DNA of 64,000 bases from a virus (lineage: Duplodnaviria > Heunggongvirae > Uroviricota > Caudoviricetes), in IMG/VR virus record IMGVR_UViG_3300013121_000003, positions 34,674 to 98,673 of that record. One strand, written 5' to 3'. The notes under the pieces are model-generated. The model saw nothing but the letters and a program-made list of their open reading frames with translations, searched no databases and was not told the origin of the DNA. Below are positions 1-9,578 of the stretch, piece by piece. The stretch's first letter is position 1. Every line of letters begins with the position of its first letter. The position numbers and the translations under genes were made by a program.

Positions 1-534
1 AGATTCGTCATAAAGCCAATCTACATTTTCCATGATGCCTTGAACGAAAGCTTCTGGTGCTGAAGGGTCGGCCACAATATCGGCAGGAGTAGATATTCTA
101 AAATCTTCTTGAACTTCCATACCGTTTGCAGTTTGTTTTAGAGAACCTAATCCTCTAGAAGAAACGCCAAGACAAGCTCCACCATCAATTAATCCTCTAG
201 CTATATTTCCACATGGAGTGTCTAGAATTCTTGCTTTACCGATAACTTTACCATTAGATTCCATTTTAAGAGATTCGATAATATGTGAAACTCTTTCCAA
301 ATTTATTGTTGGTGTTTGTGGATGTTGAAGTTCTCCGAAAGCTCTTTTAGTTGCAACTTTCTCTGTTACATATCTATTTACTTCTTTTTCCATAATAGCT
401 TTTGGATAAATTCTTCCATTTTGATTTTTAAAATCATATTGCATGAAGATACCTTCAATGAAGAGGTTCTTCTTTCCATCCTTTTCTTCGTTTAAGACTG
501 CAACGTCTTCAATTTTTTCTACTAATAGTTTCAT
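1..534 (-). CDS. gp21: Prohead protease (T4 gp21-like), 3' end outside the window
   Basis: Translated by hand; absent from the ORF track. MKLLVEKIEDVAV...LFIEGIFMQYDFKNQNGRIYP...AFGELQHP...LGVSSRGLGS...DIVADPSAPEAFVQGIME. Starts in a TAATG overlap with the upstream gene and follows the gp20/core genes as in T4. Confidence 0.93.
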   Translation of the reverse strand, partial: MKLLVEKIEDVAVLNEEKDGKKNLFIEGIFMQYDFKNQNGRIYPKAIMEKEVNRYVTEKVATKRAFGELQHPQTPTINLERVSHIIESLKMESNGKVIGKARILDTPCGNIARGLIDGGACLGVSSRGLGSLKQTANGMEVQEDFRISTPADIVADPSAPEAFVQGIMENVDWLYDES

Positions 535-893
535 TATGGAGTTCCTGTACCTTGACCTTCTTTTTTCAATTCGATCATGATATGAGCATTTGCACCTGTT
601 CCAACGAATTCAATAACTACGTTGGCTGTTTTATCGATTCCAACTAATTGACCGTCATAATACTGATATCCAGAACCAGAAACGGTAAATACGAGGTTGG
701 AACCACGCTTGACATTGCAATGACCAGCCGCCATTCCAAACCACATTCTGGAAATGGAAGCCCCCGTCAAAACCTGCGAAGTCGTGGCGATATTTGAAAC
801 TGTATTATTTCCAGCAATCACGACTGTTGCGTTGGCTGTTGCATGAATACAGATAGAATCTTTTCTTAAATTAACGTATGATAAAGTTGCCAT
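534..893 (-). CDS. Small beta-rich protein in the prohead core cluster (gp68 position), function unknown
   Basis: 119-aa ORF tightly packed between the 499-aa ORF and gp21. Confidence 0.65.
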   Translation of the reverse strand: MATLSYVNLRKDSICIHATANATVVIAGNNTVSNIATTSQVLTGASISRMWFGMAAGHCNVKRGSNLVFTVSGSGYQYYDGQLVGIDKTANVVIEFVGTGANAHIMIELKKEGQGTGTP

Positions 894-896
894 TTA

Positions 897-2396
897 TTAT
901 CTCTTTTTATTTTTATTTAGAACATCGATATATGTCATTCTTGGTTTAGGTTTCTTATTTACAAAATCTAAATATAAAGGTTTTTCAGGAATTGGCCTTG
1001 GTTTATTCGGAATTCTTCTTCCGTTGGCATCAATTTGATCTGATTTTTTTAAATAATTAAAATCTTCATCAATGTGATAATTTTTTGTTGATTTAATTGA
1101 ATGATCAACTTTTGCTTTACTAACTTTAGATTCATGTGGATAATCAAAATTATCTTCTACATTAACAGCTTTAATTGCTTTCCAACCGTGTTTTTTTCCT
1201 AATTTACCATTAGCAACTCTATCAACATCATCCCATTTATTGGATTGGAAAATTACATTATGATCAGCATCACATAAAGTATGTAAATCTTTACTTGGAA
1301 GATGACCAGTTCCCATTTTCAATTTAGAAAAATCTGTTTCTTCTTGAATATTTTTTGGTTTTGGTCCTAACCAAGCTTTAACAAATTTATCAACATCTCC
1401 TGTATCATAATGACCAAGATTAAAACTATGACGATCTTTTTCTGGAATTAAATGTCTAAAGTGTTTCTTGAACTCATTGTTCCATTTTGAAGATTCACGT
1501 TCTGCTTTATCCCATCTTTTTTGATTATACCTTTTTTCTTTAGCTCCACGATTCAAATATTGATCATGTTCTTCCCAACTAGCATCATTATAACTATTAA
1601 CAATATGAGACATTTTCTTATGAGATTCTAGGATAACACCTTCTTCTTGAACATCTTTGTTCCAATCAGAATCGTTTTTCCAATTATAGGTATGATTAGA
1701 ATTATAAGTTGGGTTGGCTGAAGTTGGCTTGACGTTCGAAGCCTTAAATATTTCATCACCATTGCCGTTGCGATCATCCCAAGTTTTGGTGTTTGATTTT
1801 ACCCATCCTAAGACTTTCTTTGTGAGATTGCTCATAGGAGCATTTTCTTCAAATAAGTGTTTCATTTCTTCTCCTATATGACTTACGCCACCAAGATTAT
1901 CTCTATCGGCTACTTTATCTAAATTATTCTTTTTCTTTCCGCCCAATCTCTTTTTATTCTTGGGGCCTAATGGACCTTCATAACCAGTTTGTGAAGCAAG
2001 AACTTCATCAATCGAATTTTTGATTTTGATATCAAGATGTCGAATTCTTCCTGCAAATTTCTGGGAAGGATGACCAGAATAGTCTCTCCATTGACGATGA
2101 AATGCAGGAAGTGGAAGCGGATGATGATTAGAATTCACACAATGATTACAATAGCTTTCATAAGCATGAGTAGTTGTAACTGAATCTCCAAATGATTTAG
2201 AAACGTATTTGTGATGCCAATCCTTTACACTCGGAGAAATAACTGATGTGTCTGTTTCAGGATGTGTTTCACTATCGCTTTCAAATTCAGGAAAACGCTC
2301 ACGTGGCAAAGGTGGGGGAGAAGATGTTTTCTCCCCTCTTTCCCTAAGTCTTTTTAAAGCATATGCGTTTAATGAAACAATATTTGAAATAGACAT
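897..2396 (-). CDS. Large charged prohead core/internal head protein candidate (gp68 position)
   Basis: 499 aa, K/H/D/E-rich, located between the gp67-like gene and gp21. Repeated L/I/V-x-E-E motifs (IGEE, LFEE, VQEE, IQEE) resemble gp21 cleavage sites. Confidence 0.55.
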   Translation of the reverse strand: MSISNIVSLNAYALKRLRERGEKTSSPPPLPRERFPEFESDSETHPETDTSVISPSVKDWHHKYVSKSFGDSVTTTHAYESYCNHCVNSNHHPLPLPAFHRQWRDYSGHPSQKFAGRIRHLDIKIKNSIDEVLASQTGYEGPLGPKNKKRLGGKKKNNLDKVADRDNLGGVSHIGEEMKHLFEENAPMSNLTKKVLGWVKSNTKTWDDRNGNGDEIFKASNVKPTSANPTYNSNHTYNWKNDSDWNKDVQEEGVILESHKKMSHIVNSYNDASWEEHDQYLNRGAKEKRYNQKRWDKAERESSKWNNEFKKHFRHLIPEKDRHSFNLGHYDTGDVDKFVKAWLGPKPKNIQEETDFSKLKMGTGHLPSKDLHTLCDADHNVIFQSNKWDDVDRVANGKLGKKHGWKAIKAVNVEDNFDYPHESKVSKAKVDHSIKSTKNYHIDEDFNYLKKSDQIDANGRRIPNKPRPIPEKPLYLDFVNKKPKPRMTYIDVLNKNKKR

Positions 2397-2731
2397 TACT
2401 CACCACCGGAACCGGGTTCTATATCGTCGTCATTTTCTTCAGAGTCATCACCTTCATCTTCTGATTCATCGCCAGAAACATCTTCGTATTCTTCACCGGA
2501 ATCGTCGTCTAGAAGATCGAGATCATCGATTTCATCCCAATCAATATTCTCTTCGTCATAATCAGCACCACCATCGCCACCGTCATCTTCGAAGAATAGA
2601 TTTTGTGATACAGCTAATGCTTCTCGTTCAATCAAGAATTCAAGCTTTTCGGTAAGTGCTTCATCAAAAGCTTCTTGTAGAGCAATTGGATTATCTTCCA
2701 GGATTGCAACTAAAATTTCTCTACTTCCCAT
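2396..2731 (-). CDS. gp67: Prohead core protein, gp67-like, with an acidic tail
   Basis: 111 aa directly after the portal; helical N-terminus (ILVAILEDNPIALQEAFDEAL) and D/E-rich C-terminus. Confidence 0.6.
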   Translation of the reverse strand: MGSREILVAILEDNPIALQEAFDEALTEKLEFLIEREALAVSQNLFFEDDGGDGGADYDEENIDWDEIDDLDLLDDDSGEEYEDVSGDESEDEGDDSEENDDDIEPGSGGE

Positions 2732-4271
2732 TATTATTTGCTCCTTCTACTTGGGCTAATTCAATTTGAGTTCTAAGCTCATATGGCATAAATTGTTCGT
2801 TCTCGGCTTCTGCGGCAATTAGTTCGTCTTCCATCTCGATTTCTTCGTCAGTCTGCTTACAAACATTCTTTCTGACACTTTCATTTGAGAAGAAACGGCC
2901 GATATATGGATTCATCATTTCAAGAATTCCCATTCTTTCTTTCATGATTTCAATCTCTTTTAGTTCAGAAGCCAAGTTATCTTTCAAGAACCTGAACTTT
3001 ATTTTGTTTCTAATCATCTGATAATCATCTGGTGTAACGATATTTTTCAATACTAGTTGCTTTTCTAGAGCATCTAAGAATAAACAAGAAAATCTACTCC
3101 TAACTCTATCTATGAATTTTGCGAAATTAATTTCGTCACGAGTGATTTCCGTGGCTCTTCCAATCGAATAAACTGAATCTGGTTTGAGTCTCGATAAAGG
3201 AACTTGAAGTGCACGATAGAGTTTGTCTTCAAAGAGTTGAACAGCCTCAAGTAACTGAGACAATTGAGTTCCTTCTTGAAGTGTTTCGATTTGAGTTCCC
3301 CGGCCACCTTCACGTCTCTGAAGCCAGAAGTCTTCAAGCATCGACATGGTTTTGGAAGAATCTTTGACTTCACCAGTTTCTTGGTTATAAGAAAGCTTTG
3401 TCTTATATTGTTTGATTAACTGTTCCATGTATTCCTTGGCCTTGACGTGAGGCATAGAACCAGTATCAACATAGAAAACTCGTCTTTGTGGAGAACGACT
3501 TAGGAAGTAAATAAGTGACGAATCTTCGATTGACCGAAGCATATTCATTGGCTTAATTGAAGGATGGAGATATGAATAGACTAATTGTCCACGAACATCC
3601 GTCAAACCAGAAACAGTATGAATTATAGAATCTTTGTGAATTTTGATTCCTTGTTGACCAGTTCCCGTTTCCATTTTACCAGTATCGTTTATTCCATTTT
3701 CGTTATAGATGTAATATTCATCTACTGGAATTTTGATAGACGTGTTTGTTTCAGGGTCTTTCTTACTCTGAATTTCACGGATTTTTCTTATTTTACGTGG
3801 GTCGATATATCTAAGTTCTTTGATGCCTTCTTGAACGTTCTTTTCATCGATAATGACGTGATAATATGATCTTCCATCAATATACCATCTCTTGAAAATG
3901 TCATAGGCAGTGTTGTTGAAATTGAGAATATCTAGAATTCCTTTGAATTCTTCGACAATCACTTCTTTGATTCGATCATCAATTTGAATTTCATCAAGAA
4001 TTAACTCGACAATTGGATTGTTTTCTTCAGTAATAATTGCTTCGTTACAGATTTCATTAACAGCTTTATCAATTTCTGGTTGAAGAGCTAGTTGTCGATA
4101 TCTCGTAACCAGAAGCGTTTCAGACGCAACGATTCCTTCAAGATCAATGTATTGACCATACATTCCACCAGAAGCAACAACGATTGCTCCATCATCATAG
4201 TTTGCAGGAGCAAAAGACTTTAGTTTCTCTGGGTCTTCTGCTCTCTTAAACTCAAAACCAAAAATTCTCAT
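2721..4271 (-). CDS. gp20: Portal vertex protein
   Basis: 516 aa; YRQLALQPEIDKAVNEICNEAI, WYIDGRSYYH, LRYIDPRKIRKIR, RSPQRRVFYVDTG, EDFWLQRREGGRGTQIETL, EITRDEINFAKFIDRVRSRF. Confidence 0.97.
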   Translation of the reverse strand: MRIFGFEFKRAEDPEKLKSFAPANYDDGAIVVASGGMYGQYIDLEGIVASETLLVTRYRQLALQPEIDKAVNEICNEAIITEENNPIVELILDEIQIDDRIKEVIVEEFKGILDILNFNNTAYDIFKRWYIDGRSYYHVIIDEKNVQEGIKELRYIDPRKIRKIREIQSKKDPETNTSIKIPVDEYYIYNENGINDTGKMETGTGQQGIKIHKDSIIHTVSGLTDVRGQLVYSYLHPSIKPMNMLRSIEDSSLIYFLSRSPQRRVFYVDTGSMPHVKAKEYMEQLIKQYKTKLSYNQETGEVKDSSKTMSMLEDFWLQRREGGRGTQIETLQEGTQLSQLLEAVQLFEDKLYRALQVPLSRLKPDSVYSIGRATEITRDEINFAKFIDRVRSRFSCLFLDALEKQLVLKNIVTPDDYQMIRNKIKFRFLKDNLASELKEIEIMKERMGILEMMNPYIGRFFSNESVRKNVCKQTDEEIEMEDELIAAEAENEQFMPYELRTQIELAQVEGANNNGK

Positions 4272-4289
4272 AATGAAATCTTTATGTTA

Positions 4290-4961
4290 TTAGGAAGAAA
4301 TTGTTACGAACGGGCCTGGGGCTGCTCCATTTTGAAGACCCATACCAGAAATGTTAACTGGTTCCCAATAGTCGTAAGTAAATGTAACGTCAAACTGTTC
4401 AACTTCGTTGATTCTTTCCCAATCTAGTGAAATTGCATCAATTGAAATTGGGAATGCCCCGACAAGTGTATATTCATAAATTGGTTGGGCATCCGAACCA
4501 GTGATTATACCTTGTCCACCACCAGGAGATTGACCAGTCTTTCCATATTGAGTAACAAGAATATCTCTCTTATAGAAATGAGGACCAGAAAGACCTTCAC
4601 CAGCTTGAAGGTTTTGTTCACGTGCATTGATAGCTTGATGCCATCCTTCAAATGCCCGACGAATCATGAAATCTTCGTCGTTCATAACTGTAATAGCCCA
4701 ATCAGAAAACGTTCTATCTCCATTTACACGAATTTTACGTGACATATATGGAACGTCAATATAATCGATATTTGAAGGTGGAAGAGAAGCAGCCTTGGCC
4801 AAGAATCGAATTTTAGTTGAAATAGTTGTTCCTGAAGGTTGTGCCGCACCACCGTTTAACGAAAGGTTTGGGAAATCAGGGATATAGACAGAAAACTGTG
4901 ATGGACGTGCACCACCATGAACTAACCCTTGATGTTTAAATTCTTCGATAGAAAAGGTCAT
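4290..4961 (-). CDS. gp19: Tail tube protein
   Basis: GGARPSQF, FLAKAASLP, VPYMSRKIRVNGDRTFSDWAITVMNDEDFMIRRAFEGW, GAFPISIDAISLDW, EQFDVTFTYDYW. Confidence 0.95.
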   Translation of the reverse strand: MTFSIEEFKHQGLVHGGARPSQFSVYIPDFPNLSLNGGAAQPSGTTISTKIRFLAKAASLPPSNIDYIDVPYMSRKIRVNGDRTFSDWAITVMNDEDFMIRRAFEGWHQAINAREQNLQAGEGLSGPHFYKRDILVTQYGKTGQSPGGGQGIITGSDAQPIYEYTLVGAFPISIDAISLDWERINEVEQFDVTFTYDYWEPVNISGMGLQNGAAPGPFVTISS

Positions 4962-4988
4962 TAAATACTCCCTGTAATTCTTATTGAT

Positions 4989-5005
4989 TATTTATTGTAC
5001 TTATA
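4989..5005 (-). promoter_or_regulatory. Tandem T4-late-type promoter motifs (TATAAGTA, AATAAATA) upstream of gp19
   Basis: tacttata at 4998-5005 and tatttatt at 4989-4996 on the plus strand; the T4 late consensus is TATAAATA. Confidence 0.6.
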
Positions 5006-5035
5006 CAAAAAGAAAGGGCACCCTTACGGATGCCC
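5006..5035 (-). terminator. Intrinsic terminator after the 5060-5671 gene
   Basis: Minus strand reads GGGCATCC-GTAA-GGGTGCCC-TTTCTTTTT. Confidence 0.85.
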
Positions 5036-5059
5036 AATTTCTTCAGATTTTCTTATTTT

Positions 5060-5671
5060 TTAGAAAAGGTGCTCGGTTCGATTGAAGAATGAGATCGGAG
5101 AAATGAAGTATCCGAAGACTTCGATTTTCTTTCCTTCACTTTCAGCGAACTCGAACCGCTTTTTCCCTCTTTGCATTCCAGTGAAGTATTGAGTTATATT
5201 TCTGGGATGCCACTTTCCAACGTCTTCTGATTTACCGTAGGCTGGCCAAGCATCAGGATGTTCTTTGGTTCCGATCAACTCTGCATTCTGATTTGGACCT
5301 TTAACCAGAACCGAATCCTGATTATATTTCTTGGCCAGAATTCCCATTTCTTTCTTCATGGCTTCGTGATGTTCAGGTTTCCCGATGACCATCATTGAAC
5401 GCTCTTTGACAACTCTTTCAGTTGGTTCACCACGGTTCTCTATGTAGCCACCTTCAGTTGGGATATGGGACCAACCATACTTTACTCTCAAGGCGTCCAA
5501 GTCCAACTTCAGTTGCTTGTGCCGTTCATTGTTCTCGGCAGGACTCAATTCACCACGGGAAGCCGATATGAAGCCAAGAGTAGAGTTCTGGGTATGTTGA
5601 TGAACACGAGTATATGAAGCTTCCAGGAGCATATACCCGTCGAACGTAAACAATTTGTTAATGTCAACCAT
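5060..5671 (-). CDS. Conserved phage hypothetical protein, standalone cassette between gp18 and gp19
   Basis: 203 aa; EASYTRVHQH...GFISASRG...NNERHKQLK...GGYIEN...ERSMMV...KKYNQDSVL. Has its own RBS (AGGAG) and terminator and looks more GC-rich than its neighbours. Confidence 0.75.
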   Translation of the reverse strand: MVDINKLFTFDGYMLLEASYTRVHQHTQNSTLGFISASRGELSPAENNERHKQLKLDLDALRVKYGWSHIPTEGGYIENRGEPTERVVKERSMMVIGKPEHHEAMKKEMGILAKKYNQDSVLVKGPNQNAELIGTKEHPDAWPAYGKSEDVGKWHPRNITQYFTGMQRGKKRFEFAESEGKKIEVFGYFISPISFFNRTEHLF

Positions 5672-5703
5672 ATTTCTTGACTCCTAGTTACCCCAACATC
5701 ACT

Positions 5704-5732
5704 TAAATAAGCTACTGTGTCAAATTTGTCAA
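5704..5732 (-). promoter_or_regulatory. Putative sigma70-type (early) promoter for the 5060-5671 gene
   Basis: Two TTGACA hexamers (5732-5727 and 5723-5718); the first is followed after 17 nt by TATTTA. Confidence 0.45.
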
Positions 5733-5786
5733 GTGATTTGAAAAACCATGTTCATCATCATCAAACAAGTTGACCTAATTTGAACT

Positions 5787-7151
5787 ATGATATTTAGTAA
5801 AATGAATCAAAAATTTATTGAGGTAACTGTGGCTAAACCTAGAAAATATCCTATCCCATCAAAAAACGTATTAATAAACCTTCATTTCAATGAAAATAAA
5901 TCTATTGAAGATATTAGAAGACTATATAATGTTTCTAGACCAGTTGTTTCTGGTTGGTTTAAAACGTATGATATAATTCCTAGAAATTTTTTAGAAAGAC
6001 AAAATATACCAAGTAAAGAAGAATTAGAACGGCTTCATATTGTAGAAAAAATTCCAGTAAAAACTTTATCATTAATGTTTAATACTGGTTCTCCTATGAT
6101 TAAGAGATGGTTGGCTGATTACGGAATAGATATGTTATTTCATCGAAAGAAAAGAAATGGAGAAAGACCAAGTAAAGAAGAATTAGAACAATTACATTAT
6201 GAAGAGAAAATGACGGTTAAAGAAATATCTAAAAAATTTAATATTTCAGATGTAATGGCTGGAATTTGGTTTAAGGATTATCAAATTCCTGTAAATATCT
6301 ACAGTTCAGGAATATCACAAAATGAAGATGATTTACGAAATATTTTAAACTCATATGGATTTGAATTTAAAACACGTCGGATTTTAAAAAATAATAAAGA
6401 AATTGATTGTTATGATGAAAATTTAAAATTTGGAATTGAATATAATGGATTGCATTGGCATTCTGATAAAAATGAACGTATGTATAAAAATTATCATCTA
6501 GAAAAACTTCAAGAATGTAATGAAAACGGAATCCAGCTTATTTCTATATTTGAAGACGAATGGCTAGAAAAGAAAGAAATTGTTCTTTCTATAATAAAAA
6601 GCAAATTAGGAATTTCTAAGAAAATCTTTGCTAAACATTGTCAAACTGCATGTATAACAAAACCATTGACTAAGAAATTTTTAGAAGAAAATCACCTACA
6701 AGGAGGTAAAATATCGAGTATAAAATTTTCATATGGAATATTCTATAAAAATAATTTAGTTGGTGTTTTAACATTTGGTAATCATCATAGAGGACAAAAT
6801 GTTTTAGTATTAAACAGATTGTGTTTTAAACAAAATACAATTATTGTCGGTGGAGCAGAAAAATTATTTAAAACAGCTTTAGGTGATATAAAAGGAACTA
6901 TTCTTTCTTGGTCGGATAGAAGATGGAGTGAAGGAAAAGTTTATGAAAAATTAGGATTTAAAAAGAAAAATACTTTACCACCTGACTATTCTTATTGTAA
7001 AGGTCAGAAACGTTATTCAAAACAATCTATGAAAAAATCACAAGTTGGTTGTCCAAAACACATTAAAGAAATTCAATTTAATAAAGAAAGAGGATTTGGT
7101 GTAATTTGGGATTGTGGTAAAGATGTTTGGTTATATGAAAATGGAGCCTAA
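5787..7151 (+). mobile_element. Hef-like homing endonuclease: N-terminal HTH-like repeats, Vsr/PD-(D/E)xK-type nuclease motif, C-terminal GNAT-like region
   Basis: Repeats PSKEELE(R/Q)LH; EIDCYDENLKFGIEYNGLHWHS; LISIFEDEW; FLEENHLQG; WSDRRWSEGKVYEKLGF. AT-rich and antisense to the late operon. Confidence 0.8.
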
Positions 7152-7168
7152 CTGGCTCCATTATTTTT
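7139..7168. terminator. Probable bidirectional terminator between the convergent Hef-like gene and gp18
   Basis: AATGGAGCC-TAACT-GGCTCCATT hairpin with A/T tracts on both sides. Confidence 0.75.
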
Positions 7169-7190
7169 CTATCTAAAATTATTTTTAAAC

Positions 7191-9473
7191 CTATCCACCA
7201 AATCTTCCAACAACTTCGTTGAAAGCAACACCAGTTCGAACCGCAACGAAGTTGAGGTAGATATAGTTGATGCTTCTGGCAGGTTTGATGTAAATATCAC
7301 CATAGAATTCATTACGATCAATTCTTTCTGGTGTATTGTTTGTTTCGTCACAAACAACCAAGAAGTCAGTGATTCCACGTCTTCCTTGGATATCCCTTAA
7401 GTAAGGAACAACCATGGATTTAAACTGAGCACGAGTGAACGTGTCGTTGAATTCGAATAGTGAATATCTAGCAGCCTTAGAAATTGCTTTCTTAAGAACG
7501 ATGAACAAGCGCCGAACATTGATTCTATCGAAAGCTGAAGGTTTTCCAAGAAGTGTCTTGTCACCATACAGAATGATGCCTTGTCCTGGGAAATTAACAA
7601 CCGGATTGATTCCATTCTTGTAAAGTTCATCACGATCCGCTTGCCGTGGATTCCAAGCAAGTTTGACGATATTTTTGATATGACCACGATTGAAGCCTGC
7701 TGGCGACCACCATGGATCATTTGTTTCATCGGTTCTTGCACAAAGACCAGCAATATCTCCGTTTAGTGGAACCCATCGGAAAACGTCATTATATCGATCA
7801 TACGTATACTTGTATCCAGAATCGAGAACACCATAAGATGAAGACCTTAGATTGTTTCTGAATGCAATACATGCATCTGCTTCAGAGCCGATATTGTTGA
7901 CTACATCGCCTTTTTGTGGAGAAATAAATGCAACGCAATCTTTTCTATATTCAGTGATGTTGTCAATTAGATAATTGGCAAGAGTGTAAGAACGAGACTT
8001 ACCTTGCATTATTAACGCAACATCAACATCTTCAACAGATTTGAATAGATCATATGATCTAGTTAAGCACGAAACTGGAATATCAGATTCATCTTTTCCA
8101 TCTCTTCCCAATTGGAAAGTAATACTTTCTACATCAAGAGTTGAAGATGTTAAAAGTTCTGAGTTAGCAGAAGGTGCTGTTGAAATATCATTGACAACCC
8201 AAATATATTGTGAAGCGTCATTGATAACTGATTTCCAATAGTTAGTTCCACCGTCAACATTCTTAGCATTTATTCCACGAGAAACAGAACGATATGTTTC
8301 TAGAACTGTTCCTGGAACACCTGTAAACTTTCCACCATTGTCAACAACCACAAGATGGAGTTCGTCCGAGTTAACAGAAGAGTTTCCATAATTGATGTGC
8401 CAATCCGATTGACCAGGAGTTTTATCCACAAAGTTGTGGAATTCCCAGAATCTATCAACAGTTCTCATTGACGAATTAGCGCCATCATAGGCAAACGAAT
8501 CCGACAATGTAAACACGTCTTCGAAGTTTACAGTGAACGTAGCCGTTCCTGTTGTTGAGTTACCTGAAACTGAAGTGTTTCCAAGAGACGTAATCTTTAG
8601 ATATTGCCATCCAACTTGTGAGTTTCCGATTTCAAGTTTATCGGTTACATTTAACAAGGCTTTTAGCGAAGAAGCGTTAGCGCCTGCTGCTGTATTTGAC
8701 GACGTTGTAATCGAGAACGTTGTTGTATTGCTGTTTGGTGTAATTGTGAACGTAGCGTTGGCATAAGAAGCCAAGTTAATCGTTGATTGATATCCAGATG
8801 AGTTTCCGCAAATAGAAACTCTTAGTGAATTTCCAAGTTCACCAGGATAACGAGCAATAAAGTGAACATCTGAATCGAAATTTCCATTCTTGGTATCGAA
8901 ATCATCTTCATTCTTGACAATGCAATAAGTCAAGTTAGCAACAGAACCAGTATTTCCAATTGCCGAGAATACTGAATTAGAAACGAATTGAAAAGAATCG
9001 CCAATTGAGTTTACCAAGGCATGTGCGTTTGTTGAGATAGTAAATGCAGTTGAGTTTACGATAGTTGCAATCGTTGCTCCATTTGAAAGTCCACCGTTTA
9101 ATGCTGAAATGCAAATTAGACCAACTTCAAGTTCAGATGTATTTCCAGTAGTCAGAACAACTGTTGCGTTTGAGGCTTCCGTTGTTGCGGTTACTGATGG
9201 AGAAATACCTGCTGAGTTAGCGGCTCTTGAAACATAAAGTCTATTTGAATAAGATAAAAATGATGCAGCCGTGAACCATGTTTCTGGATTTAGATTTGTA
9301 GGCTTTCCAAAAACTTGAAGAAGTTCATTTTCAGAATCAATTAAGACTCTTTTCTCTAATGGTCCCCAACGGAATACGCCACCAAGGCCACCATCAGAAA
9401 TTGCGACTGATGGAACAACTGTGGTTATGTCAAACTCTGCGGCATGAACGCCAGGGCTTTGTAGTGTTGCCAT
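7191..9473 (-). CDS. gp18: Tail sheath protein
   Basis: 760 aa; LQSPGVHAAEFDITT, FRWGP, ARYPGELGNSL, PWWSPAGFNRG, LYGDKT, SAFDRINVRRLF, YIKPARSINYIYLNFVAVRTG. Confidence 0.97.
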   Translation of the reverse strand: MATLQSPGVHAAEFDITTVVPSVAISDGGLGGVFRWGPLEKRVLIDSENELLQVFGKPTNLNPETWFTAASFLSYSNRLYVSRAANSAGISPSVTATTEASNATVVLTTGNTSELEVGLICISALNGGLSNGATIATIVNSTAFTISTNAHALVNSIGDSFQFVSNSVFSAIGNTGSVANLTYCIVKNEDDFDTKNGNFDSDVHFIARYPGELGNSLRVSICGNSSGYQSTINLASYANATFTITPNSNTTTFSITTSSNTAAGANASSLKALLNVTDKLEIGNSQVGWQYLKITSLGNTSVSGNSTTGTATFTVNFEDVFTLSDSFAYDGANSSMRTVDRFWEFHNFVDKTPGQSDWHINYGNSSVNSDELHLVVVDNGGKFTGVPGTVLETYRSVSRGINAKNVDGGTNYWKSVINDASQYIWVVNDISTAPSANSELLTSSTLDVESITFQLGRDGKDESDIPVSCLTRSYDLFKSVEDVDVALIMQGKSRSYTLANYLIDNITEYRKDCVAFISPQKGDVVNNIGSEADACIAFRNNLRSSSYGVLDSGYKYTYDRYNDVFRWVPLNGDIAGLCARTDETNDPWWSPAGFNRGHIKNIVKLAWNPRQADRDELYKNGINPVVNFPGQGIILYGDKTLLGKPSAFDRINVRRLFIVLKKAISKAARYSLFEFNDTFTRAQFKSMVVPYLRDIQGRRGITDFLVVCDETNNTPERIDRNEFYGDIYIKPARSINYIYLNFVAVRTGVAFNEVVGRFGG

Positions 9474-9517
9474 AAAAAATACTCCCTAAGACAAGTCAAA
9501 TTCTTATTATTTTCAAA

Positions 9518-9548
9518 TACTTATCGATTTGTTGATTTTGGATAAATA
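9518..9548. promoter_or_regulatory. Divergent late-type promoters: GATAAGTA (minus, toward gp18) and GATAAATA (plus, toward gp17)
   Basis: tacttatc at 9518-9525 and gataaata at 9541-9548 in the 105-nt gap between the divergent genes. Confidence 0.6.
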
Positions 9549-9578
9549 GATCAATAGTTAATTTTTTTGGATATATAA

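Noticed and set aside
2248-2655. His/Arg-rich 135-aa plus-strand ORF
   Set aside because: Reverse complement of the Asp/Glu-rich tail of the gp67-like gene
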